A DNA stretch of 64,000 bases, from contig NC_086107.1 of the NCBI RefSeq assembly GCF_963921235.1, positions 116,066,001 to 116,130,000 of the forward strand, read 5' to 3'. The translations under genes and the position numbers were made by a program. Under the pieces are notes generated by a model. The model was not told the DNA's origin, made no database searches, and saw only the letters and a list, made by a program, of their open reading frames with translations. Positions within the stretch are counted from its first letter, which is position 1. The number at the start of each line of letters is the position of its first letter. Below are positions 1-12,968 of this stretch, piece by piece. The DNA is from Mobula hypostoma (lineage: Eukaryota).

Positions 1-34
1 ATTCATTCCCATCGTCCCCACTGCCAACAGGATC

Positions 35-2998
35 CCACCCCTTCCCATTCACTCCCCCCGGAACCTCACCCCTTCCCATTAACTCCCCCCGGAACTTCAC
101 CCCTTCCCATTCACTACCCCTGGAACCCCACCCCTTCCCATTCACTCCCACCGGAACCCAACCCCTTCCCATTCACTCCCAGCAGAACCCCACCCCTTCC
201 CATTCACTCCCAGCAGAACCCCACCCCTTCCCATTCACTCCCACCGGAACCCCACCCCTTCCCATTCACTCCCACCGGAACCCCACCCCTTCCCATTCAC
301 TCCCACCGGAACCCAACCCCTTCCCATTCACTCCCCCCCCCGGAACCCCACCCCTTCCCATTCATTCCCAGCAGAACCCCACCCCTTCCCATTCACTCCC
401 AGCAGAACCTCACCCCTTCCCCTTCACTCCCCCAGAACCTCACCCCTTTCCATTCACCCCCCGCAGAACCCCACCTCTTCCCATTCACTCCCAGCAGAAC
501 CCCACCCCTTCCCATTCACTCCCAGCAGAACCCCACCCCTTCCCATTCACTCCCAGCAGAACCCCACCCCTTCCCATTCACTCCCACCGGAACCCCACCC
601 CTTCCCATTCACTCCCACCGGAACCCAACCCCTTCCCATTCAATCCCCCCGGAACCCCACCCCTTCCCATTCATTCCCAGAAGAATCCCACCCCTTCCCA
701 TTCACTCCCAGCAGAACCTCACCCCTTCCCATTCACTCCCAGCCGAGCCCCACCCCTTCCCATTCACTCCCCCCGGAACACCACCCCTTCCCATTCATTC
801 CCAGCAGAACCCCACCCCTTCCCATTCACTCCCAGCAGAGCCCCACCCCTTCCCATTCACTCCCAGCAGAGCCCCACCCCTTCCCATTCACTCCCCCCGG
901 AACCCCACCCCTTCCCATTCATTCCCAGCACAACCCCACCCCTTCCCATTCACTCCTAGCAGAACCCCACCCCTTCCCATTCACTCCTAGCAGAACCCCA
1001 CCCCTTCCCATTCACTCCCAGCAGAGCCCCACACCTTCCCATTCACTCCCCCCGGAACCCCACCCCTTCCCATTCAGTCCCAGCAGAACCCCACCCCTTC
1101 CCATTCACTCCCAGCAGAACCCCACCCCTTCCCATTCACTCCCAGCAGAACCCCACCCCTTCCCATCCACTCCCAGCAGAACCCCACCCCTTCCCATTCA
1201 TTCCCAGCACAACCCCACCCCTTCCCATTCACTCCTAGCAGAACCCCACCCCTTCCCATTCACTCCTAGCAGAACCCCACCCCTTCCCATTCACTCCCAG
1301 CAGAGCCCCACACCTTCCCATTCACTCCCCCCGGAACCCCACCCCTTCCCATTCATTCCCAGCAGAACCCCACCCCTTCCCATTCACTCCCAGCAGAACC
1401 TCACCCCTTCCCATTCATTCCCCAGAACCTCACCCCTTCCCATTCACTCCCAGCAGAACCCCACCCCTTCCCATTCACTCCCAGCAGAACCCCACCCCTT
1501 CCCATTCACTCCCAGCAGAACCCCACCCCTTCCCATTCACTCCCAGCAGAACCCCACCCCTTCCCATTCACTCCCCCCAGAACCCCACCCCTTCCCATTC
1601 ACTCCCAGCAGAGCCCCACCCCTTCCCATTCACTCCCCCCGGAACCCCACCCCTTCCCATTCATTCCCAGCAGAACCCCACCCCTTCCCATTCACTCCTA
1701 GCAGAACCCCACCCCTTCCCATTCACTCCTAGCAGAACCCCACCCCTTCTCATTCACTCCCAGCAGAGCCCCACCCCTTCCCATTCACTCCCCCCGGAAC
1801 CCCACCCCTTCCCATTCATTCCCAGCAAAACCCCACCCCTTCCCATTCACTCCCAGCAGAACCCCACCCCTTCCCAGCAGAACCCCACCCCTTCCCATTC
1901 ACTCCTAGCAGAACCCCACCCCTTCCCATTCACTCCTAGCAGAACCCCACCCCTTCTCATTCACTCCCAACAGAGCCCCACCCCTTCCCAGCAGAACCCC
2001 ACCCCTTCCCATTCACTCCTAGCAGAACCCCACCCCTTCTCATTCACTCCCAACAGAGCCCCACCCCTTCCCATTCACTCCCCCCGGAACCCCACCCCTT
2101 CCCATTCATTCCCAGCAGAACCCCACCCCTTCCCATTCACTCCCAGCAGAACCTCACCCCTTCCCATTCACTCCCCCAGAACCTCACCCCTTTCCATTCA
2201 CCCCCAGCAGAACCCCAGCCCTTCCCATTCACTCCCAGCAGAACCCCAGCCCTTCCCATTCACTCACAGCAGAACCCCACCCCTTCCCATTCACTCACAG
2301 CAGAACCCCACCCCTTCTCATTCACTCCCAGCAAAACCCCACCCCTTCCCATTCACTCCCAGCAGAACCCCACCCCTTCCCATTCACTCCCACCGGAACT
2401 CCACCCCTTCCCATTCACTCCCACCGGAACCCAACCCCTTCCCATTCACTCCCCCCGGAACCCCGCCCCCTTCCCATTCATTCCCAGCAGAACCTCACCC
2501 CTTCCCATTCACTCCCAGCAGAGCCCCACCCCTTCCCATTCACTCCCCCCGGAACCCCACCCCTTCCCATTCATTCCCAGCAGAACCCCACCCCTTCCCA
2601 TTCACTCCCAGCAGAGCCCCACCCCTTCCCATTCACTCCCCCCAGAACCCCACCCCTTCCCAGCAGAACCCCACCCCTTCCCATTCACTCCTAGCAGAAC
2701 CCCACCCCTTCACATTCACTCCTAGCAGAACCCCACCCCTTCCCATTCACTCCCAGCAGAGCCCCACCCCTTCCCATTCACTCCCCCTGGAACCCCACCC
2801 CTTCCCATTCATTCCCAGCAGAACCCCACCCCTTCCCATTCACTCCTAGCAGAACTCCACCCCTTCCCATTCACTCCCAGCAGAGCCTCACCCCTTCCCA
2901 TTCATTCCCAGCAGAACCCCACCCCTTCCCATTCACTCCTAGGAGAACCCCGCCCTTTCCCATTCACTCCCCCCGGAACCCCACCCCTTCCCATTCAG
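35..2998. repeat. 31-bp minisatellite (TTCCCATTCACTCCCAGCAGAACCCCACCCC)n, ~95 copies, intron 7
   Basis: Direct 31-nt periodicity, e.g. 481 to 512. Confidence 0.97.
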
Positions 2999-3134
2999 TA
3001 CCAATGGGCCCCACCCTCTCTAGGGGCATCCTGGAGGGGAGGTGGTGATGTGATTTGGGCGCAATTTCCCACCTTATGTTGTACCCTGCTCCGGTCCACC
3101 ATTTGAGGGATGCAGATGAGTTTGATTGGGTGGA

Positions 3135-4585
3135 GAGGGGGTTTGGGGAAGGGGGAGGGGAGGGGGGTTTCGGGAGGGGGAGGGGAGTGGGGAGTTGGGG
3201 AGGGGTGTTGGGAAGGGGGAGGGGGGAGGGGGAAGGGAGGGGTGTTGGGAATGGGGAGGGGGAAGGGAGGGGTGTTGGGAAGGGGGAAGGGGAGGGGGAA
3301 GGGAGGGTGGTTTGGAAGGGGAGGGGAGGGGGTTGGGAAGGGGAGGGGGAGGGGGACGGGGAGGGGAGGGTGGTTTGGGAGGGGGAGGGGGGCTGGGAGG
3401 GGGATGGGGAGGGGAGGGTGGTGGGGGATGGGGAGGGGAGGGTGGTGGGGGATGGGGAGGGGAGGGTGGTTTGGGAGGGGGAGGGGGGCTGGGAGGGGGA
3501 GGAGGACGGGGAGGGGAGGGTGATTTGGGAGGGAGATGGGAGGGGGGGTTGGGAGGGGAGGGGAGGGGAGGGGGGTTGGGAGGGGAGGGGAGGGGGGTTG
3601 GGAGGGGGGAGGGGGGTTGGGAGGGGGGAGGGGAGGGGAGGGGGGGTTGGGAGGGGAGGGGTGGGGAGGGGGGAGGGGAGGGGTGGGGAGGGGGGAGGGG
3701 AGGGGAGGGGGGTTGGGAGGGGAGGGGAGGGGGGCTGGGAGGGGGAGGGGAGGGGGGCTGGGAGGGGGAGGGAGACGGGGAGGGGCGGGTGGTTTGGGAG
3801 GGGAGGGGAGGGGAGGGGGGGATGGGGAGGGGAGGGGAGGGGAGGGGAGGGGAGGGGAGGGGGGAGGGGAGGGGAGGGGGGGATGGGGAGGGGAGGGGGG
3901 ATGGGGAGGGGAGGGGGGGGATGGGGAGGGGAGGGGGGGATGGGGGGGGAGGGGGATGGGGAGGGGAGGGGAGGGGAGGGGGATGGGGAGGGGGGTTGGG
4001 AGGGGAGGGGAGGGGGATGGGGAGGGGGATGGGGAGGGGGAGGGAGACGGGGAGGGGCGGGTGGTTTGGGAGGGGAGGGGGATGGGGAGGGGAGGGGAGG
4101 GGAGGGGAGGGGAGGGGAGGGGAGGGGAGGGGAGGGGAGGGGAGGGGAGGGGAGGGGAGGGGGGATGGGGAGGGGGGATGGGGAGGGGAGGGGAGGGGGA
4201 TGGGGAGGGGAGGGGGGGATGGGGAGGGGAGGGGGGGATGGGGAGGGGAGGGGGGGGGGATGGGGATGGGGATGGGGATGGGGAGGGGAGGGGAGGGGGA
4301 GGGGGGATGGGGAGGGGGGATGGGGAGGGTGGTTTGGGAGGGGGAGAGGAGGGGGGCTGGGAGGGGGAGGGGGGCTGGGAGGGGGAGGGGGAGGGGAAGG
4401 GGAGGGGGGAGGGGGAGGGGGAGGGGAAGGGGAGGGGGGAGGGGGAGGGGAGGGGAGGGGAAGGGGAGGGGGAAGGGGAGGGGGAGGGGAAGGGGAGGGT
4501 GAGGGGGAGGGGAAGGGGAGGGAAGGGGAGGGGGAGGGGGAGGGAAGGGGAGGGGGAGGGGGAGGGGGAGGGGGAGGGGAGGGAG
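3135..4585. repeat. G-rich low-complexity tract, (GGGGA)n-like with GGATGGGGA variants
   Basis: Mostly G runs separated by A/T on + strand. Confidence 0.97.
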
Positions 4586-4610
4586 GTTTGGGAGTTGACC
4601 AGTTCCTCAC

Positions 4611-4694
4611 ATTGCCATACACCATGCTCCGGTCGGCGATGTCAATGGGCAGAACCTCCACCTCCTTCCAGTCCTCAGGGTCGAGGCCATGAAC
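4611..4694 (-). CDS. PITPNB: PITP beta coding exon 7 ([28 protein letters not shown], 84 nt)
   Basis: caccccacag|GTTCATGGC...GGCAAT|gtgagg; motifs VHGLDP and IDIADRS. Confidence 0.93.
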
Positions 4695-4867
4695 CTGTGG
4701 GGTGGTGGGGGAGAAGAATTCAAGGGGGGGAGAAGAATTCAAGGGGGGGAGAAGAATTCGGTGGGGCAGGGAGGGGTGTGGAGAGACAGAGCCAGGTTGA
4801 CTCAGACAGTGCATCTGTGTTACGGTCCCTGTTTTACCCCCAACCCTCTCTCCCCCCCTCACCAAAC

Positions 4868-7800
4868 GTCCCCTCTCCCCCTCACCGACCGTCCCCTCTC
4901 CCCCTCACCGACCGTCCCCTCTCCCCCTCTCACTGACCGTCCCCTCCCCCTCACTGACCGTCCCCTCTCCCCCTCTCACTGACCGTCCTCTCTCCCCCCC
5001 TCACTGACCGTCCCCTCCCCCCCTCTCACTGACCGTCCTCTCTCCCCCCCTCACTGACCGTCCCCTCCCCCTCACTGACCGTCCCCTCTCCCCCTCTCAC
5101 TGACCGTCCCCTCCCCCTCACTGACAATCCCCTCCCCCTCACCGACCGTCCCCTCTCCCCCCCTCACTGACCGTCCCCTCCCCCTCACCGACCGTCCCCT
5201 CCCCCTCACCAACCGTCCCCTCTCCCCCTCACAGACCGTCCCCTCTCCCCCTCTCACTGACCGTCCCCTCTCCCCCTCTCACTGACCGTCCCCTCCCCCT
5301 CACTGACCGTCCCCTCCCCCTCACCGACCGTCCCCTCTCCCCCTCTCACTGACTGTCCCCTCCCCCTCACTGACCGTCCCCTCTCCCCCTCTCACTGACC
5401 GTCCCCTCCCCCTCACTGACAATCCCCTCCCCCTCACCGACCGTCCCCTCTCCCCCCCTCACTGACCGTCCCCTCCCCCTCACTGACCGTCCCCTCTCCC
5501 CCTCTCACTGACCGTCCCCTCCCCCTCACTGACACTCCCCTCCCCCTCACCGACCGTCCCCTCTCCCCCTCTCACTGACCGTCCCCTCCCCCTCACTGAC
5601 AATCCCCTCCCCCTCACCGACCGTCCCCTCTCCCCCCCTCACTGACCGTCCCCTCCCCCTCACCGACCGTCCCCTCCCCCTCACCAACCGTCCCCTCTCC
5701 CCCTCACAGACCGTCCCCTCTCCCCCTCTCACTGACCGTCCCCTCTTCCCCTCTCACTGACCGTCCCCTCCCCCTCACTGACCGTCCCCTCCCCCTCACT
5801 GACCGTCCCCTCCCCCTCACCGACCGTCCCCTCTCCCCCTCTCACTGACCGTCCCCTCCCCCTCACTGACCGTCCCCTCCCCCTCACCGACCGTCCCCTC
5901 TCCCCCCTCACTGACCGTCCCCTCCCCCTCACTGACTGTCCCCTCCCCCTCACCGACCGTCCCCTCCCCCTCACCGACCGTCCCCTCTCCCCCTCACAGA
6001 CCGTCCCCTCTCCCCCCTCACTGACCGTCCCCTCCCCCTCACTGACCGTCCCCTCCCCCTCACCGACCGTCCCCTCCCCCTCACTGACTGTCCCGTCCCC
6101 CTCACCGACCGTCCCCTCTCCCCCCTCACTGACCGTCCCCTCTCCCCCTCTCACTGACCGTCCCCTCCCCCTCACCGACCGTCCCCTCTCCCCCCTCACT
6201 GACCGTCCCCTCCCCCTCACCGACCGTCCCCTCCCCCTCACCGACCGTCCCCTCTCCCTCTCACTGACCGTCCCCTCTCCCCCTCTCACTGACCGTCCCC
6301 TCCCCCTCACTGACCGTCCCCTCCCTCTCACTGACCGTCCCCTCTCTCTCACTGACCGCCCACCCCCCACCGACCGTCCCGTCTCCCTCTCACTGACCGT
6401 CCCCTCTACCCTCTCACTGACCGTCCCCTCTCCCTCACCGACCGTCCCCTCCCCCTCACCGACCGTCCCCTCTCCCCCCTCACTGACCGTCCCCTCTCCC
6501 TCACCGACCGTCCCCTCCCCCTCACCGACCGTCCCCTCTCCCCCTCTCACTGACCGTCCCCTCCCCCTCACCGACCGTCCCCTCCCCCTCACCGACCGTC
6601 CCCTCTCCCTCTCACTGACCGTCCCCTCCCCCTCACTGACCGTCCCCTCCCCCTCACTGACCGTCCCCTCTCCCTCTCACTGACCGTCCCCTCTACCCTC
6701 TCACTGACCGTCCCCTCCCCCTCACTGACCGTCCCCTCCCTCTCACTGACCGTCCCCTCTCTCTCACTGACCGCCCCCCCCTCACCGACCGTCCCCTCCC
6801 CCTCACCGACCGTCCCCTCTCCCCCTCTCCCTGACCGTCCCCTCTACCCTCTCACTGACCGTCCCCTCCCTCTCACCAACCGTCCCCTCCCCCTCACTGA
6901 CCGTCCCCTCTCCCCCTCTCACTGACCGTCCCCTCCCCCTCACTGACCGTCCCCTCCCCCTCACCGACCGTCCCCTCTCCCCCCCTCACTGACCGTCCCC
7001 TCCCCCTCACCGACCGTCCCCTCCCCCTCACCGACCGTCCCCTCTCCCCCTCACAGACCGTCCCCTCTCCCCCTCTCACTGACCGTCCCCTCTCCCCCTC
7101 TCACTGACCGTCCCCTCCCCCTCACTGACCGTCCCCTCCCCCTCACTGACCGTCCCCTCCCCCTCACCGACCGTCCCCTCTCCCCCTCTCACTGACCGTC
7201 CCCTCCCCCTCACTGACCGTCCCCTCTCCCCCTCTCACTGACCGTCCCCTCCCCCTCACTGACTGTCCCCTCCCCCTCACCGACCGTCCCCTCTCCCCCC
7301 TCACTGACCGTCCCCTCCCCCTCACTGACTGTCCCCTCCCCCTCACCGACTGTCCCCTCCCCCTCACCAACCGTCCCCTCTCCCCCTCACAGACCGTCCC
7401 CTCTCCCCCCTCACTGACCGTCCCCTCCCCCTCACTGACCGTCCCCTCTCCCCCTCTCACTGACCGTCCCCTCCCCCTCACCGACCGTCCCCTCTCCCCC
7501 TCTCACTGACCGTCCCCTCCCCCTCACTGACTGTCCCGTCCCCCTCACCGACCGTCCCCTCTCCCCCCTCACTGACCGTCCCCTCTCCCCCTCTCACTGA
7601 CCGTCCCCTCCCCCTCACCGACCGTCCCCTCTCCCCCCTCACGGACCGTCCCCTCCCCCTCACCGACCGTCCCCTCCCCCTCACCGACCGTCCCCTCCCC
7701 CTCACCGACCGTCCCCTCTCCCTCTCACTGACCGTCCCCTCTCCCCCTCTCACTGACCGTCCCCTCCCCCTCACTGACCGTCCCCTCCCTCTCACTGACC

Positions 7801-10800
7801 GTCCCCTCTCTCTCACTGACCGCCCACCCCCCACCGACCGTCCCATCTCCCTCTCACTGACCGTCCCCTCTACCCTCTCACTGACCGTCCCCTCTCCCTC
7901 ACCGACCGTCCCCTCCCCCTCACCGACCGTCCCCTCTCCCCCTCTCACTGACCGTCCCCTCCCCCTCACCGACCGTCCCCTCCCCCTCACCGACCGTCCC
8001 CTCTCCCTCTCACTGACCGTCCCCTCTACCCTCTCACTGACCGTCCCCTCCCCCTCACTGACCGTCCCCTCCCTCTCACTGACCGTCCCCTCTCTCTCAC
8101 TGACCGCCCCCCCCTCACCGACCGTCCCCTCCCCCTCACCGACCGTCCCCTCTCCCCCTCTCCCTGACCGTCCCCTCTACCCTCTCACTGACCGTCCCCT
8201 CCCTCTCACCAACCGTCCCCTCCCCCTCACTGACCGTCCCCTCTCCCCCTCTCACTGACCGTCCCCTCCCCCTCACCGACCGTCCCCTCCCCCTCACTGA
8301 CCGTCCCCTCTACCCTCTCACTGACCGTCCCCTCTCCCTCACCGAGCATCCCCTCCCCCTCACTGACCGTCCCCTCTCCCCCCTCACTGACCGTCCCCTC
8401 TCCCTCACTGACCGTCCCCTCCCCCTCACCGACCGTCCCCTCTCCCTCACTGACCGTCCCCTCTCTCCCCCTCACTGACCGTCCCCTCTCCCTCACTGAC
8501 CGTCCCCTCCCCCTCACCGACCGTCCCCTCCCCCTCACTGACCGTCCCCTCTACCCTCTCACCGACCGTCCCCTCTCCCCCTCTCACCGACCTCCCCTCC
8601 CCCTCACTGACCGTCCCCTCTCCCTTACTGACCGTCCCCTCCCCCTCACCGACCGTCCCCTCTCCCCCTCTCACCGACCTCCCCTCCCCCTCACTGACCG
8701 TCCCCTCTCCCTTACTGACCGTCCCCTCCCCCTCACCGACCGTCCCCTCCCCCTCACCGACCGTCCCCTCTCCCCCTCTCACTGACCGTCCCCTCTACCC
8801 TCTCACTGACCGTCCCCTCTCCCTCACCGACCGTCCCCTCCCCCTCACTGACCGTCCCCTCTCTCTCACTGACGGTCCCCTCCCCCTCACCGACCGTCCC
8901 CTCTCCCCCTCTCACCGACCGTCCCCTCCCCCTCACCGACCGTCCCCTCTCCCCCTCTCACTGACCGTCCCCTCCCCCTCACCGACCGTCCCCTCTCCCC
9001 CTCTCACTGACCGTCCCCTCCCCCTCACTGACCGTCCCCTCTCCCCCTCTCACTGACCGTCCCCTCTCCCCCTCACCCACCGTCCCCTCCCCCTCACCCA
9101 CCGTCCCCTCCCCCTCACTGACCGTCCCCTCTCCCCCTCTCACTGACTGTCCCCTCTCCCTCACTGACCGTCCCCTCTCCCCCTCTCACTGACCATCCCC
9201 TCCCCCTCTCACCGACCGTTCCCTCCCCCTCACCCACCGTCCCCTCCCCACCTCACCGACCGTTCCCACTCCCCCTCTAACTGACCGTCCCCTCCCCCCA
9301 CACCGACCGTCCCCTCCCCCTCACCGACCGTCCCCTCCCCCTCACCGACCGTCCCCTCTCCCTCAGCGAACGTCCCCTCCCCCTCTCACCGACCGTCCCG
9401 TCCCCCCCACCCACCGTCCCCTCACCCTCACCCACCGTCCCCTCCCCACCTCACCGACCGTCCCCTCCCTCTCACCAACCGTCCACTCTCCCTCACCGAC
9501 CGTCCCCTCTCCCTCACCGACCGTCCCCTCTCCCTCACCGACCGTTCCCTCTCCCCCCCTCACCGACCGTTCCCTCTCCCCCTTCACCGACCGGCCCCTC
9601 TCCCCCTCAGTGACCGTCCCCTCCCCCCCACCTACCGTCCCCTCTCCCCCCTCACCGACCGTCCCCTCTCCCCCAGTCACCGACCGTCCCCTCCCCCCCA
9701 CCGACTGTCCACACTCCCTCACCGACCGTCCCCTCTCCCCCTCTCACCGACCGTCCCCTCCCCCTCTCACCGTCCCCTCCCCCCGACCCACCGTCCCCTC
9801 CCTCTCACCGACCGTCCCCTCCCCCTCACCCACCGTCCCCTCTCCCTCACCGACCGTCCCCTCTCTCCCTTCACCGACCGTCCCCTCCCCCTTCACCCAC
9901 CGTCCCCTCTCCCCCTCACCCACCGTCCCCTCTCCCCCCTCACCCACCGTCCCCTCCCCCCCTCACCGACCGTCCCCTCCCCCCCTCACCGACCGTTCCC
10001 TCTCCCCCTTCACCGACCGACCCCGCTCCCCTTCAGTGACCGTCCCCTCCCCCCATCTACCGTCCCCTCTCCCCCCCACCGACTGTCCACACTCCCTCAC
10101 CGACCGTCCCCTCTCCCCCTCACCCACCGTCCCCTCCCCCCTCACCGACCGTCCCCTCTCCCCCTCACCGACCGTCCCCTCTCCCCCCTCACCGACCATC
10201 CCCTCTCCCTCACCGACCGTCCCCTCCCCCTCACCCACCGTCCCCTCTCCCCCTCACCCACCGTCCCCTCTCCCCCCCTCACCGACCGTCCCCTCTCCCC
10301 CTCACCGACCGTTCCCTCTCCCCCTTCACCGACCGACTCCGCTCCCCCTCAGTGACCGTCCCCTCTCCCCCTCAGTGACCGTCCCCTCCCCCCACCTACC
10401 GTCCCCTCTCCCCCCTCACCGACCGTCCCCTCTCCCCCAGTCACCGACCGTCCCCTCCCCCCCACCGACTGTCCACACTCCCTCACCGACCGTCCCCTCT
10501 CCCCCTCTCACCGACCGTCCCCTCCCTCTCACCGACCGTCCCCTCTCCCTCACCGACCGTCCCCTCCCCCTCACCGACCGTTCCCTCTCCCCCTGACTGT
10601 CCCCGCCCCCTCACCGACCGTCCCCTCTCCCCCTCACCCACCGTCCCCTCCCCCCTCACCGACCGTCCCCTCTCCCCCTCCCCGACCGTCCCCTCTCCCC
10701 CTCACCGACCGTCCCCTCTCCCCCCTCACCGACCGTCCCCTCTCCCCCAGTTACCGACCGTCCCCTCCCCCCCACCGACTGTCCACACTCCCTCACCGAC

Positions 10801-11252
10801 CGTCCCCTCTCCCCCTCTCACCGACCGTCCCCTCCCCCCTCACCGACCGTCCCCTCCCCCCTCTCACCGACCGTCCCCTCTCCCTCACTGACCGTCCCCT
10901 CCCCCTCACCGACCGTTCCCTCTCCCCCTCTCACTGACTGTCCCCGCCCCCTCACCGACCGTCCCCTCTCTCCCTCACCGACCGTCCCCTCCCCCCTCAC
11001 CGACCGTCCCCTCTCCCCCTCACCGACCGTCCCCTCTCCCCCCTCACCGACCGTCCCCTCCACCTTCACCCGTCCCCTCTCCCCCTCACCCACCGTCCCC
11101 TCCCCCCCTCACCGACCGTCCCCTCCCCCCCCTCACCGTCCGTCCCCTCCCCCCCTCACCGACCGTCCCCTCCCCCCCTCACCGACCGTCCCCTCCCCCC
11201 CCCTCACCGACCGTCCCCTCCCCCCCTCACCGACCGTCCCCTCTCCCCCTCA
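4868..11252. repeat. ~21-26-bp minisatellite (CTCACYGACCGTCCCCT(CT)CCCC)n filling intron 6
   Basis: Continuous tandem array up to the exon 6 donor; internal block duplications (e.g. offset 475 between 5072 and 5547). Confidence 0.97.
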
Positions 11253-11257
11253 CTCAC

Positions 11258-11332
11258 GTTTTCCTGCTCCCCCAGGTCAGGCTTGTGCCAGGTCTCGATC
11301 TTCACAAAGAAATCGTCTTTCATGTACTCGTT
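11258..11332 (-). CDS. PITPNB: PITP beta coding exon 6 ([25 protein letters not shown], 75 nt)
   Basis: ctccttacag|AACGAGTACATG...GAAAAC|gtgagt; motif [11 protein letters not shown]. Confidence 0.96.
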
Positions 11333-11586
11333 CTGTAAGGAGAGAACGGGGAGATACACCATTCGGGGAGGCCTTTGGGAGAACCGCGCTGGGTGGGCCG
11401 AGAAACAGGGAGGTGATGAGGGAGGGGGAAAGGGAAGGAGACAGTTGGGGGAAGAGAGGACGTGTCACTGTGAGGTGGGTGCTGACAGTCTATGGGGAGG
11501 AGAGGTGATTTGGTGCACGGGTGCCTGGGTGGAGAGGGCCAGGTCTGGGGCACAGAGACCAGTAGTGGGGAGGGGGAGCCACTTAC

Positions 11587-11594
11587 CGTGACGA
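11587..11594 (-). CDS. PITPNB: PITP beta coding exon 5, 8-nt microexon (I-V-T)
   Basis: ggacccag|TCGTCACG|gtaagt; supplies the IVT of CRT-IVT-NEY and is needed to keep exons 4 and 6 in frame. Confidence 0.9.
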
Positions 11595-11739
11595 CTGGGT
11601 CCACACAGCAGCAGGGAGGCACATGGAAGAGAGGGAGACCGGATTACTCAGGGCACTGCCCCCCTGCCACACTCCTCCCCACACCCCCACAAACACATCG
11701 ATCCCAGGCCCTCTGCCTAGCTGTCTACGTGACACACAA

Positions 11740-12130
11740 GCCTGGACAGTACGATGTTGCCCGTGTAGCAGATCCCCCTCCCCACGCTGATCAACCCAAA
11801 GCAACAGCAGTCGACAGCAGCAGTGTTGAGCTCAACGTCCGACCGCCTGAGGGTCTCCAGCTCTGAGTTCCCCTCAGGGTTTCCTCCCAAAACCTTCCCC
11901 GTGACTGGCCACAGCCACAAGGTTTGAGACGTGTAGATCAGCTGCCGGCCACGTCCGATGGGTCCCGTCTGCCCCAAGATACTGGTCAGAAAGTGTCATT
12001 AACCCACTTCTGCCCCTTCTCCTGTCAGTAGACATGGTTCTGCTGGGCTTAGTAGCGAAGCCACACGCAAAGCCCAGGAACTGGAATTGGTTGTCAGAGG
12101 CCGTTGGAGCCACACGCCATTGGGAGCTTG
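11740..12130. mobile_element. Probable decayed interspersed repeat (unclassified)
   Basis: Non-exonic complex sequence resembling a dispersed elasmobranch repeat I recall; not verified by search. Confidence 0.3.
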
Positions 12131-12304
12131 TCCCCATTACCACCCCCGGCTATAACGATCTTAAATAACCATCTCCCCAATCCAAATCCTAGGAATATCA
12201 ACTCCAAATCCTCCCCCCACACAACACCCCACTGCCTACCATGCTGTGCCTCCCAGGGCGGAAGGGGCAAGTAATTCTGATCAGCAGAGTACAGGGCCCT
12301 TTGA

Positions 12305-12640
12305 AAGGATGGTAACATTTCCCTATGACTCTCAAACTCAATCCCCCAACTAGTGAAGGCCAGTACAGCGAACACCGCTTTAACCATCCTGGCAGCTTTG
12401 AGGGATTTATGGACACGGACCCTGACATCCCGCTGTTCCTCCATAACTAACCCTGTATTCCTCCAAAGTGAATCACTTTACACTTCTCTGGGTCGAATCC
12501 ATCTGTAAAATCAATCTCAACCTGGCTCTCTGATCTGTTACCAGCTTTGTGCCAAAGAGTCTGGAATGTATCTGCCGGAACGAGCACGTTCCACATTCCC
12601 CAACCCACCACTCTCTGTAAGAAAAACCTACCTCTTTCTG
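12305..12640 (-). mobile_element. CR1-clade LINE ORF2 fragments
   Basis: Minus-strand peptides FDPEKCKVIHFG, EEQRDVRVRVHKSLK...VLAFTSWGIEFES and RFFLQRVVG..WN match CR1 ORF2 C-terminal motifs (FNPEKCEVMHFG, EQRDLGVxVHxSLK, FFTQRVVxxWN). Confidence 0.75.
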
Positions 12641-12728
12641 CAGGCAGTTCCCAGCCCGTCCAAATCACCGTAAAACACCAGCCAGCGTAACACCCATCCT
12701 GCACACACAGACCCTCAGTGCTGGTCCC

Positions 12729-12764
12729 CTCTCTCTCTCACACACACACAGACACACACACACA

Positions 12765-12803
<39 letters not shown>

Positions 12804-12850
12804 AGTGTGAAGGCCAGTCTCTGTCTCTCTCTCTCACACTCACACTCACA
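12729..12850. repeat. (CT)n/(CA)n microsatellite
   Basis: Direct observation, just downstream (minus sense) of the exon 4 donor. Confidence 0.95.
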
Positions 12851-12876
12851 GATCTGGACGGGCAAACAGTACTCAC

Positions 12877-12968
12877 TGGTCCGGCAGTACGGATACGCGT
12901 TCCATGCCTTCTCATGGACAATCAGTGACCCTTCCGGAGCCAGGAGCCGGATGAACTGGGGAACTTTA
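12877..12968 (-). CDS. PITPNB: PITP beta coding exon 4 ([30 protein letters not shown], 92 nt)
   Basis: ttctcccacag|TAAAGTTCCC...CGGACCA|gtgagt; motif [13 protein letters not shown]. Confidence 0.96.

Noticed and set aside
2995..3130. Unique island as candidate PITP exon 8 ([10 protein letters not shown] vaguely like RGPLGPNW; acceptor-like ctcccctccag)
   Set aside because: After the AG the required phase-0 frame reads [15 protein letters not shown], not DYKxxEDP. True exon 8 is probably outside the window, although a cryptic exon cannot be excluded.
2964..4936. Pro-rich (extensin/formin-like) and Gly-rich ORFs
   Set aside because: Translations of the G-rich tract; only 4611-4694 is a true exon, closed by a GT donor.
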